Origin: an uncultured delta proteobacterium
GTDB lineage: Bacteria > Desulfobacterota > Desulfuromonadia > Desulfuromonadales > JACZKF01
DNA: 64,000 nucleotides
Direction of reading: 5' to 3'
Assembly: GCA_963816395.1 (NCBI GenBank)
Contig: CAWFKQ010000016.1
Location: forward strand, 710,274 to 774,273
Shown: in pieces, positions 10,225-21,306 of the stretch
Layout of the letters: every line of letters begins with the position of its first letter
How positions within the stretch are numbered: position 1 is the first letter of the stretch
The notes under the pieces: generated by a model
What the model saw: only the letters and a program-made list of their open reading frames with translations
Database searches by the model: none
Told to the model about the DNA's origin: nothing
Translations under genes and position numbers: made by a program

Positions 10225-11670
10225 ATGAGATTCAGGGATAAAACGGAGGCGCCGCCGCCGGCCCAGGGCGGCCTGCGGGAAATGCTGGCCATCGCCCTGC
10301 CGATGGTGGTTTCGCACGGCTGCGAGACGGTTCTTATCTTCACCGACCGGCTGTTTTTATCGCACCTGGGGCCGGTGCAGATGAGCGCCGCCATGGGCGG
10401 GGGCTTGACCAGCTTCATGATGACAACCTTCTTCATCGGACTGATCGGGTATGCGACCGCGCTGGTGGCGCAATACCTCGGAGCCGGTCGGAAAAGTCAC
10501 TGTGCGCTGGCGGTCTCGCAGTCTCTGCTCATTGCCCTGCTCGCCTATCCGCTGATCCTGGCGGGTCGGCCGCTGGCGCACGGGCTGTTTGCCATGGTGG
10601 GGATTGCCGCCGAACAGCTCCGGCCGCAGGCGCTTTATTTCGACATCCTTCTGAGCGGGTCCATTCTGGTTCTGCTGCGCACCTGCTTCAGCAGCTTTTT
10701 CTCCGGCATTGGCCGCACCCGGGTGGTCATGCTTTCCGCTCTGACTGCCATGGTGGTCAATGTCGGCGCCAATTACGTCCTGATATTCGGCAGGTTCGGG
10801 GTGCCCGCACTGGGGATTCGCGGGGCCGCCTACGGGACCCTTTTCAGCAGCCTGTGCGCCCTGCTGGTCCTGCTGGCGGTTTACCTGGGGAAAGAAAATC
10901 GCCGCGCCTACGCGGTGAGAGCGGCCCTGCGGTTCGACGGACCGGTAATGGCCAAGCTGCTGCATTTCGGATATCCGGCCGGCGTGGAGATGTTTCTGAA
11001 CCTGCTCGCCTTTACCTCCATGATCCTGATCTTCCAGGCGCACGGACTGGCGACGGCAACCGCCATCACCATCGTCTTTAACTGGGACATGGTCTCTTTC
11101 GTCCCCCTGCTCGGCCTTCAGATCGGCGTGGTCAGCCTGGTCGGCCGCTACATGGGCGCCGGCCGGCCGGATATCGCCGAGCGGGCCGCTTTCTCCGGTC
11201 TGAAAATGGGCTGGATGTACTCGTCGCTTATCCTGCTCCTGTTCGTCTTCCTCCCACAGCAGCTGGTGGCGGTGTTCCGGCCCGACGGCGCCGATGCCAT
11301 CTTCTCCCAGGCGGCGCCGCTCGCCGCGAGCATGCTGCGCCTGGCTTCCCTGTATGTGCTCGCCGATGCCGTGGTGGTCGTATGCAGCGGCACATTGCGT
11401 GGGGCCGGCGATACCTTCTGGGCCATGGGCGTGTCGGTCGGCATGCACTGGCTGCTCGTACCGGTGCTGATCCTGCTCCTGAGAATTCTTCACCTTTCGC
11501 CGCTGGTCGCCTGGCTGGCGCTCATTGTCTTCTTCCTGAGCTTCAGCGGCGTATTCTACCTGCGCTTTCGCGGCGGCAGATGGAAAACGGTGGCGGTGGT
11601 GTCGGACATGGAAATGCCAGGGGCAGCCCCTGGGGCAGAGCGACCGCCGCTGGTGGATTCGGCCGCTTGA
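10225..11670 (+). CDS. MATE-family efflux transporter
   Basis: LAIALPMVVS, DRLFLSHLG, LVAQYLGAG, NYVLIFGRFGVPALGIRGAA, LRGAGDT; about 12 TM segments. Confidence 0.92.
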   Translation: MRFRDKTEAPPPAQGGLREMLAIALPMVVSHGCETVLIFTDRLFLSHLGPVQMSAAMGGGLTSFMMTTFFIGLIGYATALVAQYLGAGRKSHCALAVSQSLLIALLAYPLILAGRPLAHGLFAMVGIAAEQLRPQALYFDILLSGSILVLLRTCFSSFFSGIGRTRVVMLSALTAMVVNVGANYVLIFGRFGVPALGIRGAAYGTLFSSLCALLVLLAVYLGKENRRAYAVRAALRFDGPVMAKLLHFGYPAGVEMFLNLLAFTSMILIFQAHGLATATAITIVFNWDMVSFVPLLGLQIGVVSLVGRYMGAGRPDIAERAAFSGLKMGWMYSSLILLLFVFLPQQLVAVFRPDGADAIFSQAAPLAASMLRLASLYVLADAVVVVCSGTLRGAGDTFWAMGVSVGMHWLLVPVLILLLRILHLSPLVAWLALIVFFLSFSGVFYLRFRGGRWKTVAVVSDMEMPGAAPGAERPPLVDSAA

Positions 11671-11744
11671 CCGCAGTTTCCGGTCAGGTATCCTTCATGA
11701 TTGACGATCAACGGCTATCCAGCAATCCAGCAAAGGAACTCCCC

Positions 11745-12185
11745 ATGCCTATCGCTCCCGTCCTTTACCGCCTGGCGCTGGCCTTCTGGGTCGGCGGCAT
11801 CGCCATCTTCACTTTCGTTCTTACCCCGATTCTGTTCAGAACCCAGCCGCGCGACCTGGCCGCGAAGATCGTCGGCGTGCTTTTCCCCGGCTATTTCCGC
11901 TGGGGGCTCGCCTGCGGCGCCGTCGCCCTGGTCTGCCTGCTGCTGCAGCGCGGCCGCCATTTCCTGCCGTCGCTGGCGCTCCTGCTCCTGATGCTGACGG
12001 CGACAGCTTTCCAGGCGCTGGTCGTCGAGCCGAAAGCCGCTGCCCTCAAGGAGAAGATCGGCTCCTTCGAGAGCACTCCCAGGGATCACCCCCTGCGGCA
12101 GCAGTTCTCGCGCCTGCACGGGATATCAGCCGTCTGCAACCTGGGAACCTTTGCCGGCGGCGTGGCCCTGATCATTCTGCTGTGA
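11745..12185 (+). CDS. DUF4149-family membrane protein
   Basis: ALAFWVGG...TPILF...AAKIVGVLFPGYF...FSRLHGISAVCN; AAGGA SD. Confidence 0.8.
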   Translation: MPIAPVLYRLALAFWVGGIAIFTFVLTPILFRTQPRDLAAKIVGVLFPGYFRWGLACGAVALVCLLLQRGRHFLPSLALLLLMLTATAFQALVVEPKAAALKEKIGSFESTPRDHPLRQQFSRLHGISAVCNLGTFAGGVALIILL

Positions 12186-12233
12186 GAGCCGCTTCGCCGC
12201 CGGTGGCCATCGGCCGACCCGGAACAGTTCCGG

Positions 12234-13157
12234 TCAGCCGATGCCGAGTCTTTTGGCCAACAGCTCAAGGCAGAGTCCCGGGAATTGTTTTTCGAGGAAA
12301 AGGCTGCTCTCCCGACATCCCTCCAACAGCAGTCGCAGCGCCCCCCTGAAGTCCCGATAATAGATCCGGGCCCGGACATGTTCCAGGTACCGGCCCCGCT
12401 CGGCCCGGCGCAAGGCCCCCGGCTGAATGTCCGCACCTGCCGCCGCCCGGCGCAGGATATGCACCTGGGTGCGCAGGTTAGTATCCAGGTCCTCGTTCGC
12501 CGTCCTGGTGCCGGCGGCTTTCCGGTAGAGATAAAGCGGCTCCTGGATCGCCGGAAAGGAACAGAAACCCGCCAGCCGCAGCCACAGATCCCAATCCTCC
12601 GCCGTCGAAAGCCGCGGATTATAACCGCCCGCCCGCAGCAGGCAGTCTTTGGGGACCAGGGCGGTGGTGAAGATAGCCATCTGCCCTGCTCCCAGGCCAA
12701 GGAGAGCGGGTAAGGGGTTGTTCGCCGGCAACTCCGGCACCGCGGTGACGTTCAGGTCCGTTTTCCGGCCGTCGACGACCATGAACCGCCGGATGCCGGT
12801 CAGAACCGCCGCCTCTCCCCTGGCCTGCCGCAGAACCGCCAGTTGTCGCGCGATCTTCTCCGGCGCATAGAGGTCGTCGGCATCGAGGAATGCCACCAAT
12901 GCCCCCCGCGCTTCCTCGATTCCCCGGTTGCGGGCGGCGGCCGAGCCCGCGTTCTCCTGGCGGAAATAGCGGCAACGGCGATCCCCAGCCGCATAACGCC
13001 GGGCGATCTCCCCGCTGGCGTCGGTTGAGCCGTCGTCGATGATCAGGACCTCGAGGGCAAGGTGGCTCTGGTTCAGCACCGAGTCCAGGGCTTCGGCCAG
13101 AGTCGGCGCGGCGTTGAAGGTCGGGACCACCACCGAGACGAGGTCCGGTCGGCTCAT
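12234..13157 (-). CDS. Glycosyltransferase family 2
   Basis: VSVVVPTFNA, IIDDGSTD, ARNRGI, FLDADD, EDWDLWLRL. Confidence 0.92.
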   Translation of the reverse strand: MSRPDLVSVVVPTFNAAPTLAEALDSVLNQSHLALEVLIIDDGSTDASGEIARRYAAGDRRCRYFRQENAGSAAARNRGIEEARGALVAFLDADDLYAPEKIARQLAVLRQARGEAAVLTGIRRFMVVDGRKTDLNVTAVPELPANNPLPALLGLGAGQMAIFTTALVPKDCLLRAGGYNPRLSTAEDWDLWLRLAGFCSFPAIQEPLYLYRKAAGTRTANEDLDTNLRTQVHILRRAAAGADIQPGALRRAERGRYLEHVRARIYYRDFRGALRLLLEGCRESSLFLEKQFPGLCLELLAKRLGIG

Positions 13158-14683
13158 TTCACTCCCACGGAATCCGCCCCCTTTCTCTCCGGCAGGAAGC
13201 TGAAGAGCAGCGCCCGTTCCTGGCGGTTGAAGGCGAGGAAGAGGACGGTGAGCAGGTAAAGGGGACAGGAGGCGGCGAAGCCCAGAACCAGTCCCAGATA
13301 GCTCGGCGTCAGCTGCACCGCGGCCAGAGTGCGATCGGCAACCAGTATGTAGCAGGCCGTGAATGCCGCCGTCGGCAGCAGGTCGCCGTAGAAACGGCCG
13401 ATGCCGAGGCCGATCTGCCGACAGACGTAGGGCGGGATGATCAGCAGCCGGTTGATCAGGAGGGGAACGGCGGTACCGACGGCACAGCCGAGAATGCCCA
13501 GGCGCGGGATCAGCAGCAGGCTCAGACCGAGGTTTGCCAGCCCTTCGGCCAGGCTGGCCAGGGCCAGGTAGCGGTGGCGGGCGACGGCATAGAGAACGTT
13601 GACCGCCGGGTTGGTGATGAAATTGAACGTCAGGGCGACGACCAGCACCACCAGGACAGGGTAGGCGTCAGCGTAGGAATCGCCCATCCAGAGGCGGATG
13701 AAGGTGTCGCCGAGGACGATGATCATGCCGCCGCCGAACATGCCGAGTACGACGTTGATCCGGTTGAACAGCAGCAGCTTGCTGCGAATCTGTTCGAGGT
13801 CCTGACGCGCCTGGTAAGAGGTGAACACCGGTACGACCATGTTGGTCGCCCGGTAGAGCAGATCGGAAAAGTACTCCACCAGGCGGGCGCCGATGAAATA
13901 GTGGGTGACGTAAACGGGGGAGAGCAGAGCGGCGATGACCAGCGCGTCGATGCGGTGCCGGAGCTGGTCGGCAATCTGAATCAGGAAGGACCATACGCTA
14001 TAGCCGAACAGCTCACGGACTTTCCCCCGACGGAAAAACGACAGCCGTACCTGCAACGGCCGGTACAGGTGGCGGGCGATCAGGAAGTACAGGATATCGG
14101 AGAGCAGCGAGGTGGCGAAGGCGATCCAGGCGAGGGCGAGGATGCCGAAGCCGTGCGCCAGGAACAGGTAGATGGCCGTTGTGCTGATGACGAGAGTCGT
14201 CAGCTGCGAGGCCGTCAGCAGGTCGTAACGGACATTCGCCTGTACAATGCCGACAAAGGCCTTGACGGGGAACCCCAGGGTCAGGGCCAGGCCGGAGATG
14301 AGGAGCAGCGTCTGGACGATGCGCAGCTTGCCGGGATCCTCGACGAACAGGCCGGCGCTCAGAGCGATGACCGCGGCGGCGGCAAGGACGGTCACCGCCA
14401 TGACCGAATAGACGACCAGGGAGGTATTGATGACGGTATTGGCGGCCTCGTGCTCCTCCCGGGCCAGATGGTGGGCCACATAACGGGAAACGGCCGAAGA
14501 GAGCCCGAGGTCCATCAGATAGTAATAACCGCCGATGCTGCCGACCAGCACCCAGATCCCGTACCAGTCGTCTCCCAGTTTTCCCAGGATGAAGGGCATC
14601 ATGAAAAAGGCGACGGCCATCTGCAGGAGGCCGAAGCTGGTGCGGGCCACGGAGGAGATATAAAGCTTCTTGGTGGTTTTCAT
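13154..14683 (-). CDS. Polysaccharide flippase (Wzx/MurJ-like, MOP superfamily)
   Basis: LGDDWYGIWVLV...LMDLGLSSAVSRYVA; about 12-14 TM segments; its stop overlaps the GT2 start. Confidence 0.85.
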   Translation of the reverse strand: MKTTKKLYISSVARTSFGLLQMAVAFFMMPFILGKLGDDWYGIWVLVGSIGGYYYLMDLGLSSAVSRYVAHHLAREEHEAANTVINTSLVVYSVMAVTVLAAAAVIALSAGLFVEDPGKLRIVQTLLLISGLALTLGFPVKAFVGIVQANVRYDLLTASQLTTLVISTTAIYLFLAHGFGILALAWIAFATSLLSDILYFLIARHLYRPLQVRLSFFRRGKVRELFGYSVWSFLIQIADQLRHRIDALVIAALLSPVYVTHYFIGARLVEYFSDLLYRATNMVVPVFTSYQARQDLEQIRSKLLLFNRINVVLGMFGGGMIIVLGDTFIRLWMGDSYADAYPVLVVLVVALTFNFITNPAVNVLYAVARHRYLALASLAEGLANLGLSLLLIPRLGILGCAVGTAVPLLINRLLIIPPYVCRQIGLGIGRFYGDLLPTAAFTACYILVADRTLAAVQLTPSYLGLVLGFAASCPLYLLTVLFLAFNRQERALLFSFLPERKGADSVGVK

Positions 14684-14889
14684 GTTCTCCTTGTTCCACG
14701 AACGGGTTGGGCCACCAGCGGTTAACGATTAATAATACTTTAAAAAGGAGGTGCCACAAGAGGACTAGTCACTGAAGAAACGGCCATGTTGACACACGCC
14801 ATCGGCAGGATACATTGGGTTCTGAGGATACTCGCGGAGCGCCGCGGTCACGAGATGCGGAACCGTACGGGATGGGAGAGAAAGAGAGT

Positions 14890-15828
14890 ATGCAGGATCG
14901 GGTGTCGGTCGTGGTGCCTGCCTTCAACGCAGAGCAGTTCATCGGCGAGGCGCTTGTCAGCATTCTGGGGCAGACCTGGGGGAACCTGGAGATCATCGCC
15001 GTCGATGACGGCTCTACGGACGGAACTGCCCGGGTGATAAAACAGTTCGGGAGCAGGGTCCGGTACCTGCATCAGCCTAACAGCGGCTCCTGCTCTTCGC
15101 CCCGCAACCGCGGCCTGGAGCAGGCGAGGGGGGATTACATCAATTTTTTCGATGCCGATGACATCATGTATCCGCAGAAGATCGAGCAGCAGATGGCGGC
15201 GATCAAGAACCACTCCGGCGCGGCGATGGTCGTCGGCGATTATGAAAATTTCCACGGCGACCAGCTCCATCCGGGGCATTTCAAAACCTGCCCCGGGTTA
15301 TCACGGCTGCTCGAAAGACATTCGATCGGCAAGGGAGAATCCATTCTTCTCCAGCCGCGCCAGACCACCGGCCTGCTCCTCCGCGAGAATTTCACTATTG
15401 CCGGCTCGACCCTTTACGTGACGCAGGTCGTGCGGCAGCTGGGGGGATATGATGAGGAGCTTGCCGCCTGCGAGGATTTTTTCCTCAATTACCGGATCGC
15501 CTCGCAGTTTCCAACGGTCGTGCTTAATGCCCCCGGTAATAGGCGCCGTCTGCACGCTGCCAACCTGACGGGCAATTCCTCCAAAATGATCCGCAGTTAC
15601 ATCCGGAGCCGGGAAAAGCTCCTGCAAATCGAAACGAATCGGGAAAACAGGAAGATGCTGAAGAACCGGCTCGCGCTCTATCATCTGAACTTTGCCAACG
15701 AGGTTTCCGGCAACGGGAAATCCCAGCGCATCCGGCAGCTCTGGCAGAGTCTGAAATATCTCCCGCATTTTGACCGGCAGCAGTTTCCTCTTCTATGCAG
15801 GGCGGCAGCCAAGACTCTCCTGAAGTAG
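14890..15828 (+). CDS. Glycosyltransferase family 2
   Basis: VSVVVPAFNAE, AVDDGSTD, PRNRGL, FFDADD, CEDF. Confidence 0.92.
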   Translation: MQDRVSVVVPAFNAEQFIGEALVSILGQTWGNLEIIAVDDGSTDGTARVIKQFGSRVRYLHQPNSGSCSSPRNRGLEQARGDYINFFDADDIMYPQKIEQQMAAIKNHSGAAMVVGDYENFHGDQLHPGHFKTCPGLSRLLERHSIGKGESILLQPRQTTGLLLRENFTIAGSTLYVTQVVRQLGGYDEELAACEDFFLNYRIASQFPTVVLNAPGNRRRLHAANLTGNSSKMIRSYIRSREKLLQIETNRENRKMLKNRLALYHLNFANEVSGNGKSQRIRQLWQSLKYLPHFDRQQFPLLCRAAAKTLLK

Positions 15829-15964
15829 CCCCCGTGAACCAGATACGATAAACCCCAAGCCGGCATCTCCCGTTCGCCGTGCTGCTTATCGCCTGACGCC
15901 GCATTGAAACCAGCCCCCTTCCGTGCTAATCTGGGACACCTTTTCGCGTCCCTGGAGGTGCCTT

Positions 15965-16812
15965 CTGAGCATTCCTGCCGCTGCCCCCGTTTCACTCTAT
16001 GTCCCTATGACCTGCCGGGTTGCCGCAGTGACCGAGCTGACGGCGGACGAGAAGCTCTTCCGGGTGGAACTCCCAGGCGGCGCCGACCTCGGCCATTGCC
16101 CGGGGCAGTTCGTGCAGGTGTCGATCCTCGGCCACACCGAGGCGCCGATCTCGGTCGCCAGTTCGCCGACCCGCGCCGGCTGGTTCGAGCTGGGGGTGCG
16201 CCGGGCCGGGCGGCTGACGGCGGCGCTGCACCAACTCGGGCCGGGGGATGAGATCGGCATCCGCGGCCCCTTCGGCCGACCCTTCGACCTGGCGGCGATG
16301 GCGGGGCAGGATCTGCTGCTGGTCTCCGGCGGCTGCGGCCTGGCGCCGATGCGCTCCCTGGTGCAGTACGTGGAGGATCGGCCGCAGGAGTTCGGCCGGG
16401 TGACCCTGCTGTACGGGGCGAAGAGCCCGGAGGCGATGCTGTTCAAGGACGACATACGCGCCTGGGAGGCTGTCGGCCCGCTTCGCCTGCCTGACCACCG
16501 TCGACGGGGCGGGCGAGGGGGAGTGCTGGGACGGCAACGTCGGCCTGGTGACCCGCCTGATTCCGCCGCTGCGAGATCGATCCGGCGAAGACCATCGCGG
16601 TGATCGTCGGACCGCCGGCGATGTACCGCTTCGTCATCGCCGAGCTGCAGGCCAAGGGGATTCCGGCGGAGCGGATCGCCGTCTCCCTGGAGCGGCAGAT
16701 GCGCTGCGGCGTCGGCAAGTGCGGCCACTGCACCATCGAGCACCTCTACTGCTGCTGCGACGGGCCGGTCTTCTGGCTCCCCGAGGTGAGCGGCCTGCGG
16801 GGGGCGCTGTGA
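15965..16812 (+). CDS. FAD/NAD(P)-binding 2Fe-2S subunit (AsrB / sulfhydrogenase gamma-like), frameshifted; start approximate
   Basis: [53 protein letters not shown]...CCDGPVF. Confidence 0.88.
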
Positions 16813-18853
16813 AGAAGGTCCTGACCGTCTGTCCCTACTGCGGCACCGGCTGCGCCCTCTATCTTCTGGTGGACGATGACGGCCGTCTGGCCGGGGTGGA
16901 GCCGAGCGCCGTCCACCCGGTCAACCGCGGGCGGCTGTGCGTCAAGGGGTGGAACGCCCACGCCTTCGTCCAGCCATCCCGACCGGCTGACCACGCCGCT
17001 GATCCGCAAGAACGGAAAGCTGCAGCCGGCCTCCTGGGAGGAGGCGCTGACTCTGGTCGCCGCCCGCCTGCGGCAGGTGCAGGTCGCGCACGGCCCCGAC
17101 TCGGTCATGTTTCTCTCCTCGGCCAAGGCGACCAACGAGGAGAACTACCTGTTGATGAAGCTGGCGCGGGCGGTCTTCGGCACCAACAACGTCGACCACT
17201 GCGCCCGCCTCTGCCACGCCTCCACCGTGGTCGGCCTGGCCGAGACCTTCGGCTCCGGCGCCATGACCAACTCCATCGCCTGCATCGACGAGGCGGAGGT
17301 CATTCTGGTCACCGGCTCCAACACCACCGAGCAGCACCCGCTGATCGGCGCCCGCATCCTGGAGGCGCAGCGGCGCGGCGCCCGCCTGATCGTCGCCGAC
17401 AGCCGCCGCATCCGCCTGGCCCGCCAGGCCGACCTGCACCTGCGCCACCGCAACGGCACCGACGTCCCCCTGTTCAACGCCATGCTGCACGTGATCCTGG
17501 GCGAGGGGCTGGAGGACCGCGAGTTCCTCGCCGCCCGCACCGAGGGGCTGGAGGAGCTGCGGCAGGCGGTGGCGGAGCTGGACGCCGGAACGCGCCGCCG
17601 AGGTCACCGGCGTGCCGGCGGCGGAGATCGCCGCCGCGGCCCGCCTCTTCGCCGGCGGGCGGCAGGGGGATGATCGTCTATTCGATGGGGATCACCCAGC
17701 ACACGCACGGCGTCGACAACGTCCGGGTGCTCGCCGACCTGGCGCTGGTGACCGGCAACCTCGGCCGGCCGGGGACCGGGGTCAACCCCCTGCGCGGCCA
17801 GAACAACGTGCAGGGCGGCTGCGACATGGGGGCGCTCCCCAACGTCCTCACCGGCTACCAGAGCGTCGCCGATCCGGCGGTGCGGGCGAAGTTCGCCGCC
17901 GCCTGGGGGGTGCCTGCGCTCCCCGAGCGGCCCGGGCTGACCGCCACCGCCGCCATGGACGCCGCCGCCGAGGGGCGGGTGAAGGCCTTCTTCATTCTCG
18001 GCGAGAACCCGATGCTCTCCGACCCCGACCAGGGGCACGTGCGGCGGGCGCTGGAGAGTCTCGATTTCCTCGTCGGTCCAGGACATCTTCCCGACGGCGA
18101 CGACGGAACTGGCGGACGTGGTCCTGCCGGCCGCCTGCTTCGCCGAGCGGGAGGGGACCTTCACCAATACCGAGCGGCGGGTGCAGCGGGGACGCAAAGC
18201 CGTCGAGCCGCCGGGGGAAGCGCGGGCGGACTGGGAGATCCTCGGCGCCCTGGCCGAAGCCGCCGGGTACGGCGGGCTGCGCTACCCCGATCCGGCCGCC
18301 ATCATGGCCGAGATCGCCGCCCTCACCCCCAGCTACGGCGGCATCGCCTACGAGCGCCTCGACGGACTTCGGCCTGCAGTGGCCCTGCCCCGACCGCGAC
18401 CACCCCGGCACGCCGATCCTGCACGTCGACGCCTTCGCCCGCGGCCGGGGGCTGCTGCGCCCGGTCGATTACCGGCCGCCGGCGGAATCCCCCGACCCGG
18501 AATACCCGTTCCTGCTCACCACCGGCCGCACCTATTTCCACTGGCACACCGGCACCATGACCCGGCGCACCCATCTGCTCGACCGCGAGGAGCGCACCGC
18601 CTTCGTCGAGCTGCACCCGGAGGATGCCCGCCGCCTGGGGATCGCCGACCGCCAGGAGGTCCTGGTCGCCAGCCGCCGCGGGGAGGTGCGCGCCCGCGCC
18701 CGGCTGACCGAGATGGTCGTCCCGGGCCTGCTCTTCATGCCCTTCCACTTCGCCGAAGGGGCGGCCAATGCCCTGACCATAAACGCTCTCGACCCCGAGG
18801 CGAAGATCCCGGAATACAAGGTGTGCGCCGCCCGGGTGCGGAGGGCGCCATGA
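16809..18853 (+). CDS. fdhA: Mo/W formate dehydrogenase alpha subunit (FdhF-like, Cys ligand), several frameshifts
   Basis: [10 protein letters not shown]...[61 protein letters not shown]. Confidence 0.92.
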
Positions 18854-19885
18854 AAGCGATCTCCCGCGCCCGGCTGGAAGAATTGCTGACCGCTCCTCGC
18901 CGCCGCGTTCGAGGTTCGCCTGCCGGTGCGCCTCGCCGACGGCACCCGTGCCTGGGGGCGGCCGGAGGAGGGGCCGGCCGCCCTCGCCGGCGGCCCGGTC
19001 CCGCGGCGGCCGACGGAGCTTTTCTTCCCGCAGCACGATCCGCTCTTCACCGCCCGCCCGGGCGGGCGCATCGAGTTGCCGGCAGCGCCGGAACAGCCGC
19101 TGCTGGTCCTTGGCCTGACGCCGCCGGACCTGGAGGCGCTCGAATTCACCGACCGCTTCTTCGCCGCCGGGCTGCGCGACGATCTCTATTTCCGCCGGCG
19201 CGACGGGGCGGTGATCGTCGGCCTCTCCGGGCGCTGCGGGGAGGATGGAAAATGGCTGCCGCCGGCGGGGGGAAAGTGCGACCTGGAGCTGGTGGATGAC
19301 GGCGAAAGCTATTTCGTTCTCCCTTACACCGCCGCCGGGGAGCGCCTGGCGGAGCAGATGGGGGGCGAGGAAATAACTGTCTCCCGGGAGGAACTGCAAC
19401 AGGGCGGGGGAGGGGAAGCGGAGGCGGTGCGGGAGACTTTGCGCCGCGCCTCGGCGCTGCTGCTGGCGGATCAGGTGCCGGACGACTTCTGGGAAGAGGT
19501 CGCCGAGCGCTGCATCGCCTGCACCGGCTGCACCCTGGTCTGCCCCACCTGCACCTGCTTCGGCGTCGAGGACCGCTGCTGGCCCGACCGGGTCGAGCGC
19601 AGCCGGCTGTGGGACTCCTGCCAGCTCGACGGCTTCATGCGCGAGGCGAGCGGCCACAATCCGCTGGGGACGGAGGCCCTGCGCACCCGCCGCCGCCTGC
19701 ACCACAAACTCGCCGCCGACGTGCGCCGCTGGGGGACAATCACCTGCGTCGCCTGCGGGCGCTGCGAGAAGGCGTGCCCGACGGGAATCGGATTGTTGTC
19801 CGTGGCCCGGGAGATGGTGGAAAGATTCGGAAGGGGACGGGGGCAGGCGGGAAGCAGGGACGCGGAGACGCGAAAATCCGCTAAC
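18850..19885 (+). CDS. 4Fe-4S dicluster subunit (AsrA / sulfhydrogenase beta-like); frameshift near 18895; 3' end approximate
   Basis: [57 protein letters not shown] overlaps the fdhA stop. Confidence 0.85.
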
Positions 19886-19920
19886 CACGCACCGCAAGCC
19901 GTGTCCCTCGCCCCGCGTCT

Positions 19921-21234
19921 TTACAGATCGAGCACCCAGCCCTTGCCTTGCCTCTTTACCCCTTCTTTCATCGCCTGGAGGAAACGCGACCGCAACCGGT
20001 CGCCCAGGAGGGCTTTTTTGACCGGCGGCAGGTTCAGGAAGGCGCCGACGAAGGCCCGCGTGAACTTTTCGCCGATCCCTTGCGGGTTGGCGAAGATCTG
20101 GTTCTGGAGAGTGCCTTTTTCCAGGCATTGCAGCATCAGCCTCTCGAAAGTGGTCTCGGGGTGGATAATCCTTTGCGCTCTTTTCGCCAGCCGGCATGCC
20201 CTGGTGGGGCACTTGAGGGCACAGACGCCGCAGCCCAGGCAGATCGATGTGTTCACCGCCGGTGACTGTTTCCTCTTGTCCTGCGGATTTTCCGCCGCAG
20301 TCATGGCGATGGCATCGATCGGGCAGTCCCTGGCGCATTTCCCGCAACCGATGCAGGCATCGTCCTCGATTTCAGCAACGTAGTTGGAGGTCACGACCAC
20401 GTTGGGGTATCCGTATCGGCTGACCGCCAGCAGAACATTGCAGCAGCAACCGCAGCAGTGGCAGACGAATTTCATGTTTTTCTGCACGTTGTCCGCCGCC
20501 ATGACCAAGCCCATCTCCCGGGAGCGGGCGAAGAGGTCTTCCATCTCCGATCGGCAGACTTCCCGCGCCAGGTTATTCCTGATCATGAAATCCGCCGCAT
20601 AACCGAACTGGGTACAGCTCTCCAGGGGCGCCGCGCACTTCTTCTCTCCCAGGTGCATCTTTTCGTGCCGGCAGCTGCACAGCCCGACGGAAAATCTGTC
20701 CGTCCCGGCAATAAGGGAGGACGCCTTTTCATAATCGAGTATTTCCACATATTCCGAATCCGCCACGGCCTCTTCATGGGGAAGCGCCCGGATAAAGGAG
20801 AATTGTTCGCCTTTGCCCAGGTTGGCCGAGAGGAAAGAGCCGTCGACCGCCATGTATTCATGGAGCAGCCTCGCCCACTCCTTGCTGTTCACATTCGGCC
20901 CCATCCGCATCATGGTAAACTCGAAAATCCCGACCACCATGGGGGAAGGAGCATAGTGATATTCATCATGCACCCACAAATCCATAACCAGCCCCTTGGC
21001 CGTCAGGCCGTCGAGAAGGCGCCGCAGAGCTGATTTTTCGCAGCCGGCGGCTTTCTCGATCTCCTCGAAGGTCGACAGGCCATTGGGCATCCGGACGATG
21101 ATGTCGGCCTCTTCCGCGGTGTAAAGCTCGGTCAGGACCGCATGCAGTTTGTCGTTCCACGGCGCCCGCGTCTCCAAGCCGTCTATCTTCCTGCCCAGCT
21201 CGCGGAAAATGTCTTTGCCCACCAGATGTCCCAT
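19921..21234 (-). CDS. 4Fe-4S binding protein with an N-terminal wHTH-like region and a Cys-rich core
   Basis: CSCRH, CHCCGCCC, CIGCGKCARDCP and CLGCGVCALKCP. Confidence 0.85.
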   Translation of the reverse strand: MGHLVGKDIFRELGRKIDGLETRAPWNDKLHAVLTELYTAEEADIIVRMPNGLSTFEEIEKAAGCEKSALRRLLDGLTAKGLVMDLWVHDEYHYAPSPMVVGIFEFTMMRMGPNVNSKEWARLLHEYMAVDGSFLSANLGKGEQFSFIRALPHEEAVADSEYVEILDYEKASSLIAGTDRFSVGLCSCRHEKMHLGEKKCAAPLESCTQFGYAADFMIRNNLAREVCRSEMEDLFARSREMGLVMAADNVQKNMKFVCHCCGCCCNVLLAVSRYGYPNVVVTSNYVAEIEDDACIGCGKCARDCPIDAIAMTAAENPQDKRKQSPAVNTSICLGCGVCALKCPTRACRLAKRAQRIIHPETTFERLMLQCLEKGTLQNQIFANPQGIGEKFTRAFVGAFLNLPPVKKALLGDRLRSRFLQAMKEGVKRQGKGWVLDL

Positions 21235-21306
21235 AGGTAGCTCCTTTGCCAGGCTCTATGCGCGAGACCCAAGGCCCGAGGCAGAAACCTTGCACCTTGA
21301 ACCGCT

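Noticed and set aside
17190..17225. Selenocysteine in FdhA as the cause of ORF breaks
   Set aside because: The active-site codon is TGC (CARLCH); the breaks are frameshifts, not in-frame TGA.
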